A stretch of DNA of 56,628 nt from an uncultured Lentisphaerota bacterium (GCA_903894975.1 CAITSE010000162.1:1-56628), one strand, 5' to 3'. Numbered from the stretch's first letter, positions 37,336 to 47,093 are shown. Program-made: numbers and translations. The notes: generated from the letters alone by a model not told the origin.

Positions 37336-37685
37336 GCAGGGAGGCGGCACCTCATGGGGTATGCCTTCTCAAGAGTAATTCCAATTACAGAGGCTTTATT
37401 CGCGTCGCCTTACACGCAATAAATGAGGCCGTTTTTTTGATTTTAAGAGGACGGGAACCCCAAGCGTTCCATGGCAAAAAACGGGCAGGATTGCCCGCTC
37501 CACGTTGGCCACAGGCAGGATTGCCTGTTTCACGTTAGATGATGGCCTTCGTCGAGAATCAGGTCGGCGTCGAGTGCAACTCGGCGCTCGGGGTGCGGGC
37601 TTGCCGGGCGGATTCCGCATGCTAGAATTTAAAATGTCCCGGTCGGCCGGTCGCTCAACCGGCAGAGAAGAAGGAGGCACTCCTG

Positions 37686-38162
37686 ATGAAAACGGTATTT
37701 CCCCGCAGCTTTCCCCGTTGGTTCGCGGCGGTTATGGTGCTGTTTTGGCTGGCGCGGCCGGGTCTGGCCGCGGCGCAGGACTTTGCCGGGGTGTGGAATA
37801 TCCGGGGAACGCTCCTCACCGATTCCGGAAACGGGAACGATCCCTATGCGCCGAAAGCGGGTGCGCAGAAGCCGGACCGATGGAGCATCGCGGCCGACGG
37901 CAACACTCTGACTCTGACCAGTGCGGCCGGTTCCATTGCCGGCATCCAGACCGTGCCCGGCAGCGCCCGGTTCATGGGGCGCTATCCCATGCCCGTGGGC
38001 AAGTTCACCGGCATTATGCAGATTACCATCGACTGCAAGTTGGTCGCGTCCGGCCAATTGGTGGCCGCGGAGGAGATCCTGTATTTTATGCCGAACGGCT
38101 TGGGCGTGATCCAGCCCATGCCGCTGGGCCGGGAAGCCTGGAAGATCGAAGGCGCCCGCTGA
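37686..38162 (+). CDS. Exported hypothetical protein (beta-rich)
   Basis: RBS AAGGAGG, signal peptide ending LAAA-Q, FAGVWNI motif. Confidence 0.7.
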   Translation: MKTVFPRSFPRWFAAVMVLFWLARPGLAAAQDFAGVWNIRGTLLTDSGNGNDPYAPKAGAQKPDRWSIAADGNTLTLTSAAGSIAGIQTVPGSARFMGRYPMPVGKFTGIMQITIDCKLVASGQLVAAEEILYFMPNGLGVIQPMPLGREAWKIEGAR

Positions 38163-38260
38163 TCTGATTGATTTGCAAAAAGAGTCATTTCGATCCCGTC
38201 CCGGCATTTTTTTGAACAGTTGGTTGTTGGGAGTGATTCAGGGTAAGAATGAGGTGTGGC

Positions 38261-38556
38261 ATGGGAACCGCGGGTTTTGTCCTTCTGTTGGTGGCCGTTG
38301 CGCTGGGCGTGGCGGGCGCGGTGACCTGGCTGGTGCTGAAACTTCTCGCGGCCTTGGGCGGAACCGCCCGTCTGGCGGCCCGTTATGGGGCGGCGACCGA
38401 GCCGCCGGGGACGCGGTACAGTGGTCAGACCATTGCCATCGGGCCGTGGAGCTTGCCATTGGCACCCCCTCCGCGGGAACGATCACGGTCTACCCGGAAC
38501 TCTTCGAGCCGATGCGCCCCTGGCTCGGGGCCGTCGTGCCGCCCGGTTGGCCTTGA
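38261..38556 (+). pseudogene. Probable truncated or frameshifted small membrane protein
   Basis: TM helix then GGTARLAARY..GQTIAIG in one frame; protein-like VELAIGTPSAGTITVYPELFEPMRPWL continues in another frame from ~38445. Confidence 0.4.
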
Positions 38557-38695
38557 TTGGGGATGGTGGCCGTAGGGACGGGTGAACCAGGAATGGGCCG
38601 GATCGTTTCTCCCTGCGTTTCCCCCCCCCCATGCTCCGTGCTCCCGAATGCTTTGTTTCCGAAAAAAAAACCGTCCGCCACCCCGGAGCGTATCC

Positions 38696-39790
38696 ATGAA
38701 AAGAAAACGGATTCCGCGATTTCTCGTGTCGGTGACCGTGGCGCTTTTGTGCGCACCGGCGCTGCAGGCCGATTGGTCCTTTGTCATGCTGGGCGACACC
38801 CGGGGCGCCCGCAGCACCACCACGACGGGGGTGAGCACCGAACTGCCGGCCATCGCCGCGAAGATCGCCTCGCTGAATCCCGAACTGGTGCTGGTGGCCG
38901 GCGACCTGTGCAATGGCAATGACGTGCCGTCCGGCTCCACGCTGTCCTATGCGGAACAGTTTGCCAACTGGAAGACGACCATGGCGCCGGTTTACAACTA
39001 TTCTACCGGCACTGGCATTCCGATCTACACTGTGCGCGGCAACCATGAGAACAACGATAGCGAGGGCCCGCCCATTGTCGAATTGAAGCAGGCTTATGCC
39101 GACGCGTTCAGTGGCTATGTGCCGGCCAATGGGCCGGACAGCGCCCAGCAGGGCTTCAGCTATTCTTTCACCCACAACAATCTGACGGTCGTCGCCGCCG
39201 ACCAGTATTTCTTTTACAACCAGCCGTCGCGCCCGGCGGGCTATCACGACTTGAGCCGGGACTGGGTCGCCAAGCAGTTTCAGGAGTCGAGTTCGCCCTA
39301 TAAAGTTTTCATGGCCCATGTGCCGATCTTCATGACCGAGGGCGGCGGCGAACCCGAGCATTTCTTCGGCGACGACGCCGCCGGGGACGCGACCCGGGCG
39401 ACGTTTTGGAACGATCTGGGCGCCAGCGGCGCCCAGCTTTATGTGACCGGGCATATTCACAACGAAACGGTCGCCAGCACCACCAATGCGTACGGCGACA
39501 CCATTATTCAAGTGTTGGCGGGCAACGGCGGCGCGCCTTTGGATCCGGTCGGCACCGGACAGGATCCGGGAGTGGACCTGTTGTACACCAGCACCCAGTA
39601 CGGGTTCTCGCTGGCCACGGTGCGGGCTGATGCCATGATGATCCAATACTATTCGCTTGACACGACGGATAATAGTTGGAGCGTCGCCGCTTATACCACC
39701 CTGATTCCCATTCCGGAACCTTCCTCCGCCGGACTGCTGGCCGCGGCGATCCTCACGGCCGTTCATCGCCGGAAATGGCGGCGGAGTTGA
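38696..39790 (+). CDS. Calcineurin-like metallophosphoesterase with PEP-CTERM sorting signal
   Basis: Signal peptide; GDTR, AGDL, RGNHE, AHVP, TGHIH; C-terminal IPEPSS-hydrophobic-RRKWRR. Confidence 0.9.
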   Translation: MKRKRIPRFLVSVTVALLCAPALQADWSFVMLGDTRGARSTTTTGVSTELPAIAAKIASLNPELVLVAGDLCNGNDVPSGSTLSYAEQFANWKTTMAPVYNYSTGTGIPIYTVRGNHENNDSEGPPIVELKQAYADAFSGYVPANGPDSAQQGFSYSFTHNNLTVVAADQYFFYNQPSRPAGYHDLSRDWVAKQFQESSSPYKVFMAHVPIFMTEGGGEPEHFFGDDAAGDATRATFWNDLGASGAQLYVTGHIHNETVASTTNAYGDTIIQVLAGNGGAPLDPVGTGQDPGVDLLYTSTQYGFSLATVRADAMMIQYYSLDTTDNSWSVAAYTTLIPIPEPSSAGLLAAAILTAVHRRKWRRS

Positions 39791-39874
39791 TTTCGCCGGG
39801 GCCGGGTGCCTTGCCGTGCGGATTCTGCATGCTACAATGCCTTCACCGTCGCGTAAAAACTTTCGGAGGTTCCC

Positions 39875-41275
39875 ATGGGTGGTTTTTTCGGAGTGGCCGC
39901 GAAGAGTGACTGCATCACCGATCTGTTCTACGGGACGGATTATCATTCGCATCTTGGCACCATGCGCGGCGGACTGGTAGTGAACAACGGCGGCGGGTTC
40001 ACCCGGTACATCCACGACATTACCAACAGCCAGTTCCGCTCCAAATTTGAAAACGACATCGGCAAGATGAAGGGCAATCTCGGCATTGGTGTCATCAGCG
40101 ACAACGAGGACCAGCCCCTGATCATTGCTTCGCACCTGGGCGACTATGCGATCGCCACGGTCGGCGTGATCACAAACCTCAACGCCATCAAAAAGGAGGC
40201 GTTCCGGAACCGCACCACGCATTTTTCCGAGATGAGCAACGGCGAGATCAATCCGACGGAATTGATCGCCACCCTGATCAATCAGGAAGCGACCTTTGAA
40301 GATGGCATCCGCCGGGCCCAGGAAACCATCGAAGGTTCCTGCTCCATGCTGCTCTTGACGGCCAAGGGGATTTATGCGGCCCGCGACTGGCACGGCCGGA
40401 CTCCCGTGATCCTCGGGAAAAAAGCCGGCGCCTATGCCGCCACCATGGAATCCTGCGCGTTCCCGAACCTGGACTACAATCATCTTCGGGATCTCGGCCC
40501 GGGCGAAATCGTCCGGATCACCGCGGAGGGCGTGGAGCGCGTCGCCAAGGCCGACGGCAAACTTCGGATCTGCTCGTTCCTCTGGGTCTATTACGGATAT
40601 CCGTCCTCAACCTACGAGGGCATCAACGTCGAACAGTCCCGCTACCGCTGCGGCGCCGCCCTGGCCAAACGGGACGATGTCACGCCGGACATCGTGGCGG
40701 GAATCCCGGATTCCGGCACCGGCCATGCCATTGGCTATGCGAACCAGGCCAAGATCCCGCATGAGCGTCCGTTTGTGAAATACACGCCGACCTGGCCGCG
40801 GAGTTTCATGCCGCAGAACCAGTCCATCCGCGATCTCGTCGCCAGAATGAAGCTGATCCCGATCCGCGAGATCATCAAGGGAAAAAAGCTGCTGTTCTGC
40901 GAAGATTCGATTGTCCGCGGCACCCAGCTCCGGGACACGGTCAAGCGGCTTTTCGAAGCCGGGGCCAAGGAAGTGCACATGCGCCCCGCCTGCCCGCCGC
41001 TCCTCCACGGCTGCAAGTTTCTGAACTTCTCGCGCTCACGTTCGATCCTTGACCTCGCCGGCCGCCGCGCCGTGAAAACACTCGAGGGCGACGACGCGAA
41101 AAAGCTCGACAAATACGCCGATCCCTGCTCGAAATGCCACGGCGCCATGGTCGAGATCATCCGCAAAGAACTCGGCCTGACCTCGCTCCGCTACCAGCGG
41201 CTAGACGATCTGACCAAGGCCATCGGCCTGCCCAAGAGCAAGCTCTGCACCTATTGCTGGGACGGGCAGGGCTGA
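39875..41275 (+). CDS. purF: Amidophosphoribosyltransferase, variant lacking the N-terminal Cys
   Basis: CSFLWVYYG, GIPDSG, WPRSFMP, EDSIVRGT, ACPP, LCTYCW; N-terminus MGGFFG; RBS GGAGG. Confidence 0.9.
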   Translation: MGGFFGVAAKSDCITDLFYGTDYHSHLGTMRGGLVVNNGGGFTRYIHDITNSQFRSKFENDIGKMKGNLGIGVISDNEDQPLIIASHLGDYAIATVGVITNLNAIKKEAFRNRTTHFSEMSNGEINPTELIATLINQEATFEDGIRRAQETIEGSCSMLLLTAKGIYAARDWHGRTPVILGKKAGAYAATMESCAFPNLDYNHLRDLGPGEIVRITAEGVERVAKADGKLRICSFLWVYYGYPSSTYEGINVEQSRYRCGAALAKRDDVTPDIVAGIPDSGTGHAIGYANQAKIPHERPFVKYTPTWPRSFMPQNQSIRDLVARMKLIPIREIIKGKKLLFCEDSIVRGTQLRDTVKRLFEAGAKEVHMRPACPPLLHGCKFLNFSRSRSILDLAGRRAVKTLEGDDAKKLDKYADPCSKCHGAMVEIIRKELGLTSLRYQRLDDLTKAIGLPKSKLCTYCWDGQG

Positions 41276-41910
41276 GCCGGGGCGTTCGCCGTGGCGGCAA
41301 GGGTGACGGCCTGGCGGGCCAGGTGCGTGATCTCGGCGAAATTGCCGGCCAGGATGAGGTCGGGCTTGACCATCCAGGTGCCGCCGCAGGCGAGGACGTT
41401 GGGGAGCTTCAGGTATTCCACCAGGTTCAGCAGTTCGATGCCGCCGGTCGGGACGAACTTGACTTCGCCGTAGGCCGCGCCGATGGCCTTCAGCGTTTTT
41501 ATGCCGCCGTAGTTTTCTGCCGGGAAGAACTTGAGAACCTTGAGCCCGTATTCCAGGGCCATCTGCACTTCCGTCGGGGTGCAGACGCCGGGAATGACGA
41601 TCAGATTTCGGGAGAGACAGTGCTCCACGACTTTGGCGCTGAAGCCGGGGCTGACGATGAAGCGGGCGCCGCAGTCCTCGGCCTTTTTCGCCTGATCCAC
41701 GGTCAGCACGGTGCCGGCGCCGAGCACCATGTCTAGCACGGTGGCGGCGGCGCGAATGGCGTCGGGCGCGGCGGCGGTGCGGAAGGTGATTTCCATGCAG
41801 GGCAGGCCGCCGGCCTTGAGCGCGGTGGCGAGCGGCAGGGCGTGCTCGGCCTTGTCCAGTTTCACGACCGGCACAATCCGGAGTTTTTTGAGTTCGGCGA
41901 GGATGTCCAC
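41251..41910 (-). CDS. eda: KDPG/KHG aldolase
   Basis: EITFRT, GAGTVL, FIVSPG, LKFFPA, VPTGGI; GTG start inferred; 3' end overlaps purF by 25 nt. Confidence 0.93.
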   Translation of the reverse strand: MDILAELKKLRIVPVVKLDKAEHALPLATALKAGGLPCMEITFRTAAAPDAIRAAATVLDMVLGAGTVLTVDQAKKAEDCGARFIVSPGFSAKVVEHCLSRNLIVIPGVCTPTEVQMALEYGLKVLKFFPAENYGGIKTLKAIGAAYGEVKFVPTGGIELLNLVEYLKLPNVLACGGTWMVKPDLILAGNFAEITHLARQAVTLAATANAPAQPCPSQQ

Positions 41911-41980
41911 GGCTTCAGTCTCCCGGCGCACCTGCGGTACGCCTGTTTTTTGGGTTTGAGGAAACACTCCACGCACAAAC

Positions 41981-42013
41981 AAAAAACGCCGCCGGGCTTT
42001 GGGGCCGGCGGCG
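41981..42013 (-). terminator. Rho-independent terminator after tRNA-Ser
   Basis: cgccgccgg..ccggcggcg stem followed by T6 on the minus strand. Confidence 0.7.
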
Positions 42014-42051
42014 AAACGGCGGGTGGGGGGGCCGCGCATAAAGTTGAAAAA

Positions 42052-42141
<90 letters not shown>

Positions 42142-42255
42142 GCAGAGGCGGCTGTTAGTATAATCGGCCCACCGGTCTTTGCCAGCGTGGCGGGATTTGC
42201 GGGCGGGCAAGGCGCGGGGGCTTGGCAATGCCCTCGGCGCCCGCAAATTCCACCA

Positions 42256-42375
42256 TGGCGGGCAAGATGCCCGCCGGCCTGTGTGGCCGGGTGTGGACAC
42301 CCGCCCTCCTCGCCCGGGTCAGTGGGCAAGATGCCCACGTTCCCACAATCGGGGGCAGGATGCCCCCGCTCCCAA
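42256..42375. repeat. Three GGGCA(A/G)GATGCCC mini-hairpins (REP-like)
   Basis: gggcaagatgccc twice and gggcaggatgccc; relatives at ~17937 and ~37483. Confidence 0.75.
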
Positions 42376-42448
42376 GGCGGTTGCATCCCGGCGGGGTCCG
42401 GGTAGATTGAGTTTGCCCGGCCGGCGCGAAAACCGGCGGAACCGGTTC

Positions 42449-42521
42449 TGAACGGAAGCTCGCAACAAACCCAACATTTTCCCTTCCAAACCCTTCGTGA
42501 CCTTTGCGCCCTTCTGTTCAA
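42449..42521. repeat. AACAGAAG-family palindrome (degenerate left arm)
   Basis: tgaacggaagctcgcaa ... ccttcgtgacctttgcgcccttctgttca; tail tgtaac..ttcaggtt shared with the 35411 copy. Confidence 0.8.
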
Positions 42522-42565
42522 TCCATTCGATTCTTCTGTAACTCGTTCAGGTTGGGAGTGGCACC

Positions 42566-43837
42566 ATGGCCGGCGGCGCGGATTGGACCTCCCCGTTCAA
42601 CGGGATGACCCTGGCCAACCTGAAGGTCTGGGCCCGGTACCTCGGCCCGGGGATGCTGGTGACGGTCGGGTTCATCGACCCCGGCAACTGGGCGTGCAAC
42701 GTCGCCGCCGGCGCGGGGTTCGGGTATACGCTGCTGTGGATGGTGACGCTGTCCACAATGATGCTGATCCTGTTGCAGCACAACGCCGCGCACTTGGGGA
42801 TTGCCACGGGGCTGTGCCTGTCGGAGGCGGCGACGCAGTATCTGCCGCGGTGGGTTTCCCGGCCGGTGCTGGGTTCGGCCATGGCGGCGGCAGTGTCCAC
42901 GGCGCTGGCCGAGATCCTGGGCGGGGCGATTGCCTTGAACATGCTCTTCGGGCTGCCGCTGCCGGTGGGGGCGGTGCTGGTGGCGGGGGTGGCGGCGGCG
43001 CTGCTGTTCTCGCATTCCTACCAACGCATTGAGAAACTCATCCTCGGCTTTGTCACGGTCATCGGCCTGTCGTTTCTCTATGAATTATGGCTGGTGAAGC
43101 TCGACTGGGGCGCGGCGGTGGCGGGCTGGGTGCATCCGGTGTTTCCGTCGGGATCCATGATGGTGATCATGAGCGTGCTCGGGGCGGTGGTGATGCCGCA
43201 CAACCTGTTTCTGCACTCCGAGATCATCCAGAGCCGGCACTGGAACTTGAAGGACGAGTCGGTGATCCGCCAGCAGATGCGCGGCGAACTGTTCGACACC
43301 TTGACCGGGATGGGGATCGGCTGGGCCATCAACAGCGCCATGATCCTGCTGGCGGCGGCGACGTTCTTCCAGGCCGGGACCCAGGTCACCGAACTCGGCC
43401 AGGCGGAACGGATGCTGCGGCCGCTGCTCGGGCAGGCGGCGGCGGTGGTGTTTGCCGTGGCTCTGCTGTTTTCGGGACTGGCTTCCACGATTACGGCGGG
43501 CATGGCCGGCGGCAGCATCGGCGCGGGCATGGCCGGGACGAACTACAACATTCGCCGGCACGAGACGTTGCTGGGCATGGCGGTCACCCTCGGCGGCGGA
43601 CTGTTGGCGCTGCTGCTGGTGCGGAATCCGTTCAAGGGACTGCTGATCTCGCAGATGCTGCTGAGCATCCAACTTCCGTTCACCATCCTCACCCAGATCC
43701 GGCTCACGGCATCGCGCCGGGTCATGGGCGCCGCGCATGCTAACACTTGGGTGGAGAACCTCTCGCTCGGGGTGGTGGCGGCGGTGGTGATCACGCTTAA
43801 CCTGCTGCTGCTCCTATCCTGGATCCAGGCCGCATAG
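42566..43837 (+). CDS. mntH: Nramp family divalent metal (Mn2+/Fe2+) transporter
   Basis: IDPGNW and VMPHNLFLHS metal-binding motifs, many TM helices. Confidence 0.9.
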   Translation: MAGGADWTSPFNGMTLANLKVWARYLGPGMLVTVGFIDPGNWACNVAAGAGFGYTLLWMVTLSTMMLILLQHNAAHLGIATGLCLSEAATQYLPRWVSRPVLGSAMAAAVSTALAEILGGAIALNMLFGLPLPVGAVLVAGVAAALLFSHSYQRIEKLILGFVTVIGLSFLYELWLVKLDWGAAVAGWVHPVFPSGSMMVIMSVLGAVVMPHNLFLHSEIIQSRHWNLKDESVIRQQMRGELFDTLTGMGIGWAINSAMILLAAATFFQAGTQVTELGQAERMLRPLLGQAAAVVFAVALLFSGLASTITAGMAGGSIGAGMAGTNYNIRRHETLLGMAVTLGGGLLALLLVRNPFKGLLISQMLLSIQLPFTILTQIRLTASRRVMGAAHANTWVENLSLGVVAAVVITLNLLLLLSWIQAA

Positions 43838-43864
43838 GCCGCAACCCACGGAGGAAGAACACCC

Positions 43865-44104
43865 ATGATCCTGTATCTGATTTGCGGCGGCCTGGCCCTT
43901 TCGGTGCTGCTGCTGACCATGAGCGTCCGGCGCCTGCACGGCCGACTCGCGCTTTTGGAGCAGGCGCGCCGGCCTTCTCCGGCGCCCGCGCCGAACCCTC
44001 CCGGCGACACGGAAGGAGTTGCGTCCGAGCCGGAAGACGCACCGGGTCGGTCCTCCGTGGACGACGAGCCCAGGGAAGCCCGGACCACCAGCCGCGGGTG
44101 GTAG
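43865..44104 (+). CDS. Small single-pass membrane protein
   Basis: RBS GGAGG, N-terminal hydrophobic helix, acidic/Pro-rich tail. Confidence 0.55.
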   Translation: MILYLICGGLALSVLLLTMSVRRLHGRLALLEQARRPSPAPAPNPPGDTEGVASEPEDAPGRSSVDDEPREARTTSRGW

Positions 44105-44134
44105 GGGGAACGCCAAACCCGTTTGTACCCTGTA

Positions 44135-44349
44135 GGGCATGCGCGTCAACGTAAGGGTTTTCACGTCCTTGTGTACCGATGCAAAGCATCTTTGGAGTGC
44201 GGTGGCTCGACACCGCTTTCCCCGGCGGCGGAGCCGCCTTCCCACGCACCGGTTGCATCCCACGCCCGGGTTGAAAACGCGGCGCCCGTAGACCGGAAAC
44301 CGGTTCCACCGGCGGGAAAAAGCGGCGTCCAGCCGCCGCACTCCAAAGC
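44135..44349 (+). mobile_element. Composite non-autonomous element, copy 2 (interior inverted relative to copy 1)
   Basis: gggcatgcgcgtcaacgtaagg leader then ctttggagtgc ... gcactccaaagc. Confidence 0.7.
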
Positions 44350-44393
44350 GGCGAGGACGCCGCAGTCAAGGGACGCGCACGGTCGCCGCCGCC

Positions 44394-46337
44394 TCACCCG
44401 ACGGACGAACCGGGGGGGATTTCGCCGTCCACGGTGATCAGGCGCAGTTCCTTGCCGCTCTTGGCGGCGAGGAGCATGCCCTGGGATTCGACGCCGCGCA
44501 GCACGGCCGGCTTCAGGTTGGCCACGACCACCACGGTCTTGCCCACGAGCTGTTCCGGCGTGTAGGACTTGGCGATGCCGGCGACGACCTGGCGCTTTTC
44601 CGCGCCGAGATCGATCTGGAGCTTGAGCAGCCGGTCCGCTTCCGGAACCGGTTCGGCGGCAAGGATTTTGGCGGTGCGCAGGCTGACCTTGGCGAAATCC
44701 GCGATCTCGATCAGTTCCATGGGCGCCGGAGCGGCTTTCGCCTTTTTTTCCGGCTTGGCTGGGGCGGCGGCGGCAGAGTCCACGGCCACAGTCTCAGGCT
44801 TGGGGACTTCGATGCGCGGGAAAAGCGGCGGGATGTCCTGCATCACCGCGTCCGCTGCCAGACCGCCCCAGACGCCGAGGCCGGCGAGGTGCGGGCCGGC
44901 GGGCGCGGCGGCGAGGCCGAGAGCGGCGCGCAGTTCGTCCATCTTACCGGGCATGACCGGGTGCAGCAGGCCGGAGACGACGCGCAGGCATTCGGCGCAG
45001 GCGGAGAGGGCGCGGCGGAGTTCGGTCTTGTCTTCGTGCTTGGCCAGGATCCACGGCGCCTGTTTGTCGAAGTAGCGGTTGGCCTCGCGCACGGCGGCGA
45101 GCACGTCGGCGATGCCGCGTTCGAGCTGCATGCCTTCCAGGTGTTCTTTCATGGCTGTGACCGCCTGCTGGGTGACGGCGACGAGGCCGTGCTCTTCCGG
45201 CCCGGGGGTTACGGGCGCGCCGAGGCGGCCGTCGAGGAAACGGCAGACCATCTTGATGACGCGGCTGGCCAGGTTACCCAAATCGTTGGCGAGATCAGAG
45301 TTGTAGCGATTGATGAAAGCGGCCTCAGTGAAGCTGGCGTCGCCGCCCAGGGTCATCTCGGCGAGCAGGAAATAGCGGAAGGCGTCGACGCCGTAGCGCC
45401 CGATCGTGTCCATGGGATTGACGACATTGCCGAGGGACTTGCTCATCTTCTCGCGGCCGGAGAGCCACCAGCCGTGGGCGAACACAGTCCGGGGCGGCTC
45501 CACGCCCATGGCCTTGAGCATGGTCGGCCAGTAGACGGTGTGGGTGGTGAGAATGTCCTTGCCGATGAGATGGCAGGAACCGGACCACCATTTGCGGAAC
45601 CGCGCGTCGTCCGAACCGTAGCCGATGGCGCTGACGTAGTTGAGCAGCGCGTCGAACCAGACGTAGCAGACATAGTCCGGGTCGAACGGCAGTTCGATGC
45701 CCCAGGCCAGGCGCGCCTTCGGCCGGCTGATGCAGAGGTCGTTGAGCGGCTGGCGCAGGAAGCCGAGGGTCTCCTGGCGGCGGTGGGCTGGCCGGATGAA
45801 GTCCGGGTTCTGCTCGATGTGGCCGATGAGCCAGCTCTGGTACTTGCCCATGCGGAAGAAATAACTTTTTTCAACCAGTTTCTTGACCGGCCGCCGGCAT
45901 TCGGGGCAGGCGCCGTCCACCAGATCTTTTTCGGTGTAGAACCGTTCGCAGGGCACGCAGTACCAGCCCTCGTAGTCGGCGGCGTAGATTTCGCCTTTGT
46001 TCCAGAGGTCCTGGAGCACGGCGCGGACGATGGTCTTATGCCGCTCCTCGGTGGTGCGGATGAAGTCGTCGTGGGTGATGCCGAGCCGCTTCCAGAGTTC
46101 CTGGAAATTGCCCACGGTGCGGTCGCACTGTTCCTGCGGGGTGATGCCATTGCGGTCGGCGGCTTCCTGGACTTTTTGGCCGTGCTCATCGGTGCCGGTG
46201 AGGAACCAGGTCGGCTCATCCAGAAGCCGGTGGTAGCGCGCCAGCACGTCGGCCAGGATCGTGGTATAGGCGTGGCCGATGTGCGGCTTGTCGTTGACGT
46301 AATAAATCGGGGTGGTGACGTAAAAGGAATTATTCAT
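44394..46337 (-). CDS. metG: Methionine--tRNA ligase
   Basis: TTPIYYVN..HIGH, GTDEHG, YVWFDAL, KMSKS, C-terminal tRNA-binding OB domain. Confidence 0.97.
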   Translation of the reverse strand: MNNSFYVTTPIYYVNDKPHIGHAYTTILADVLARYHRLLDEPTWFLTGTDEHGQKVQEAADRNGITPQEQCDRTVGNFQELWKRLGITHDDFIRTTEERHKTIVRAVLQDLWNKGEIYAADYEGWYCVPCERFYTEKDLVDGACPECRRPVKKLVEKSYFFRMGKYQSWLIGHIEQNPDFIRPAHRRQETLGFLRQPLNDLCISRPKARLAWGIELPFDPDYVCYVWFDALLNYVSAIGYGSDDARFRKWWSGSCHLIGKDILTTHTVYWPTMLKAMGVEPPRTVFAHGWWLSGREKMSKSLGNVVNPMDTIGRYGVDAFRYFLLAEMTLGGDASFTEAAFINRYNSDLANDLGNLASRVIKMVCRFLDGRLGAPVTPGPEEHGLVAVTQQAVTAMKEHLEGMQLERGIADVLAAVREANRYFDKQAPWILAKHEDKTELRRALSACAECLRVVSGLLHPVMPGKMDELRAALGLAAAPAGPHLAGLGVWGGLAADAVMQDIPPLFPRIEVPKPETVAVDSAAAAPAKPEKKAKAAPAPMELIEIADFAKVSLRTAKILAAEPVPEADRLLKLQIDLGAEKRQVVAGIAKSYTPEQLVGKTVVVVANLKPAVLRGVESQGMLLAAKSGKELRLITVDGEIPPGSSVG

Positions 46338-46411
46338 GGTAGTCGGGCCTGTTCAGGTTCGTCCCGGCGGACGGGAAGGAGTGGCGGCGGATGCGGAAAC
46401 GGTGGTATCAT

Positions 46412-46903
46412 TCAGCGGCGCGGCTTGCGCCGCATAGCGGTTTTTTCCGGTTCGGAGATTTTCAAGGATTCCAGTGCCTCGGCATCTGCCAAATCCTTGG
46501 TTCGTCCGGACGCCCGTTTGTTCCGGATCAGATCCTCCTCCGAGGGAATGCGAACATGAAGCCCCTCGATCGTAATCTCGGCGGAGTGTGCAAACGCCTC
46601 TTCAAAACGGAGCCCGGACACCCCCGTGAGAAGATCAATTCTTCGGGGCGCAACTCCAATCTGAAAGACGGTGTCATCCTTTTGGAGGTCGCTCACCGAA
46701 AGACCATGTAACGGCGCACCGAATCGACGCAACGTTTTCAGCACAGCTCTCGCATTGTCGGGGGATGGCATGACCCAGATGTCAATGTCCATCGTCGCCC
46801 GGGGATACCCGTGGGCCGCCAACGCATAGGCACCTACCAGGAGGAATTTAACGCCCTCGTCGGCCAAGCACTGCAACATCTCTTTGTAGTCTTCGTTCAA
46901 CAT
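46412..46903 (-). CDS. Small nucleotidyltransferase-superfamily protein
   Basis: LLVGAYALAAHGYPRATMDIDIW, RIDLL, LIRNKRASGRTKDLAD. Confidence 0.82.
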   Translation of the reverse strand: MLNEDYKEMLQCLADEGVKFLLVGAYALAAHGYPRATMDIDIWVMPSPDNARAVLKTLRRFGAPLHGLSVSDLQKDDTVFQIGVAPRRIDLLTGVSGLRFEEAFAHSAEITIEGLHVRIPSEEDLIRNKRASGRTKDLADAEALESLKISEPEKTAMRRKPRR

Positions 46904-47039
46904 CGTGATTTTTGCTCAGAGATGCGACTTCCTTGGTGAGGGGCCAGACCATGTCAAGACGACTGCCAGGCGAACCCGTAACAAAATCGTCGTTCCTCTT
47001 TTCGGCAATATGCCCGATCCTGACCTGTGATCTTTTCAT
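46848..47039 (-). CDS. Small hypothetical protein overlapping nucleotidyltransferase start
   Basis: 63-aa ORF ending RLQRDV; overlaps the downstream gene by 56 nt. Confidence 0.5.
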   Translation of the reverse strand: MKRSQVRIGHIAEKRNDDFVTGSPGSRLDMVWPLTKEVASLSKNHDVERRLQRDVAVLGRRGR

Positions 47040-47093
47040 ACCGGTAAACTACCACCGGCGGGCGTTCATGCAATGCCCGGAACGGAACACCCG

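Noticed and set aside
42380-42565. Mn-sensing riboswitch upstream of Nramp gene
   Set aside because: Region is explained by repeat-family palindromes; no yybP-ykoY consensus recognised by eye (a covariance-model search would settle it)
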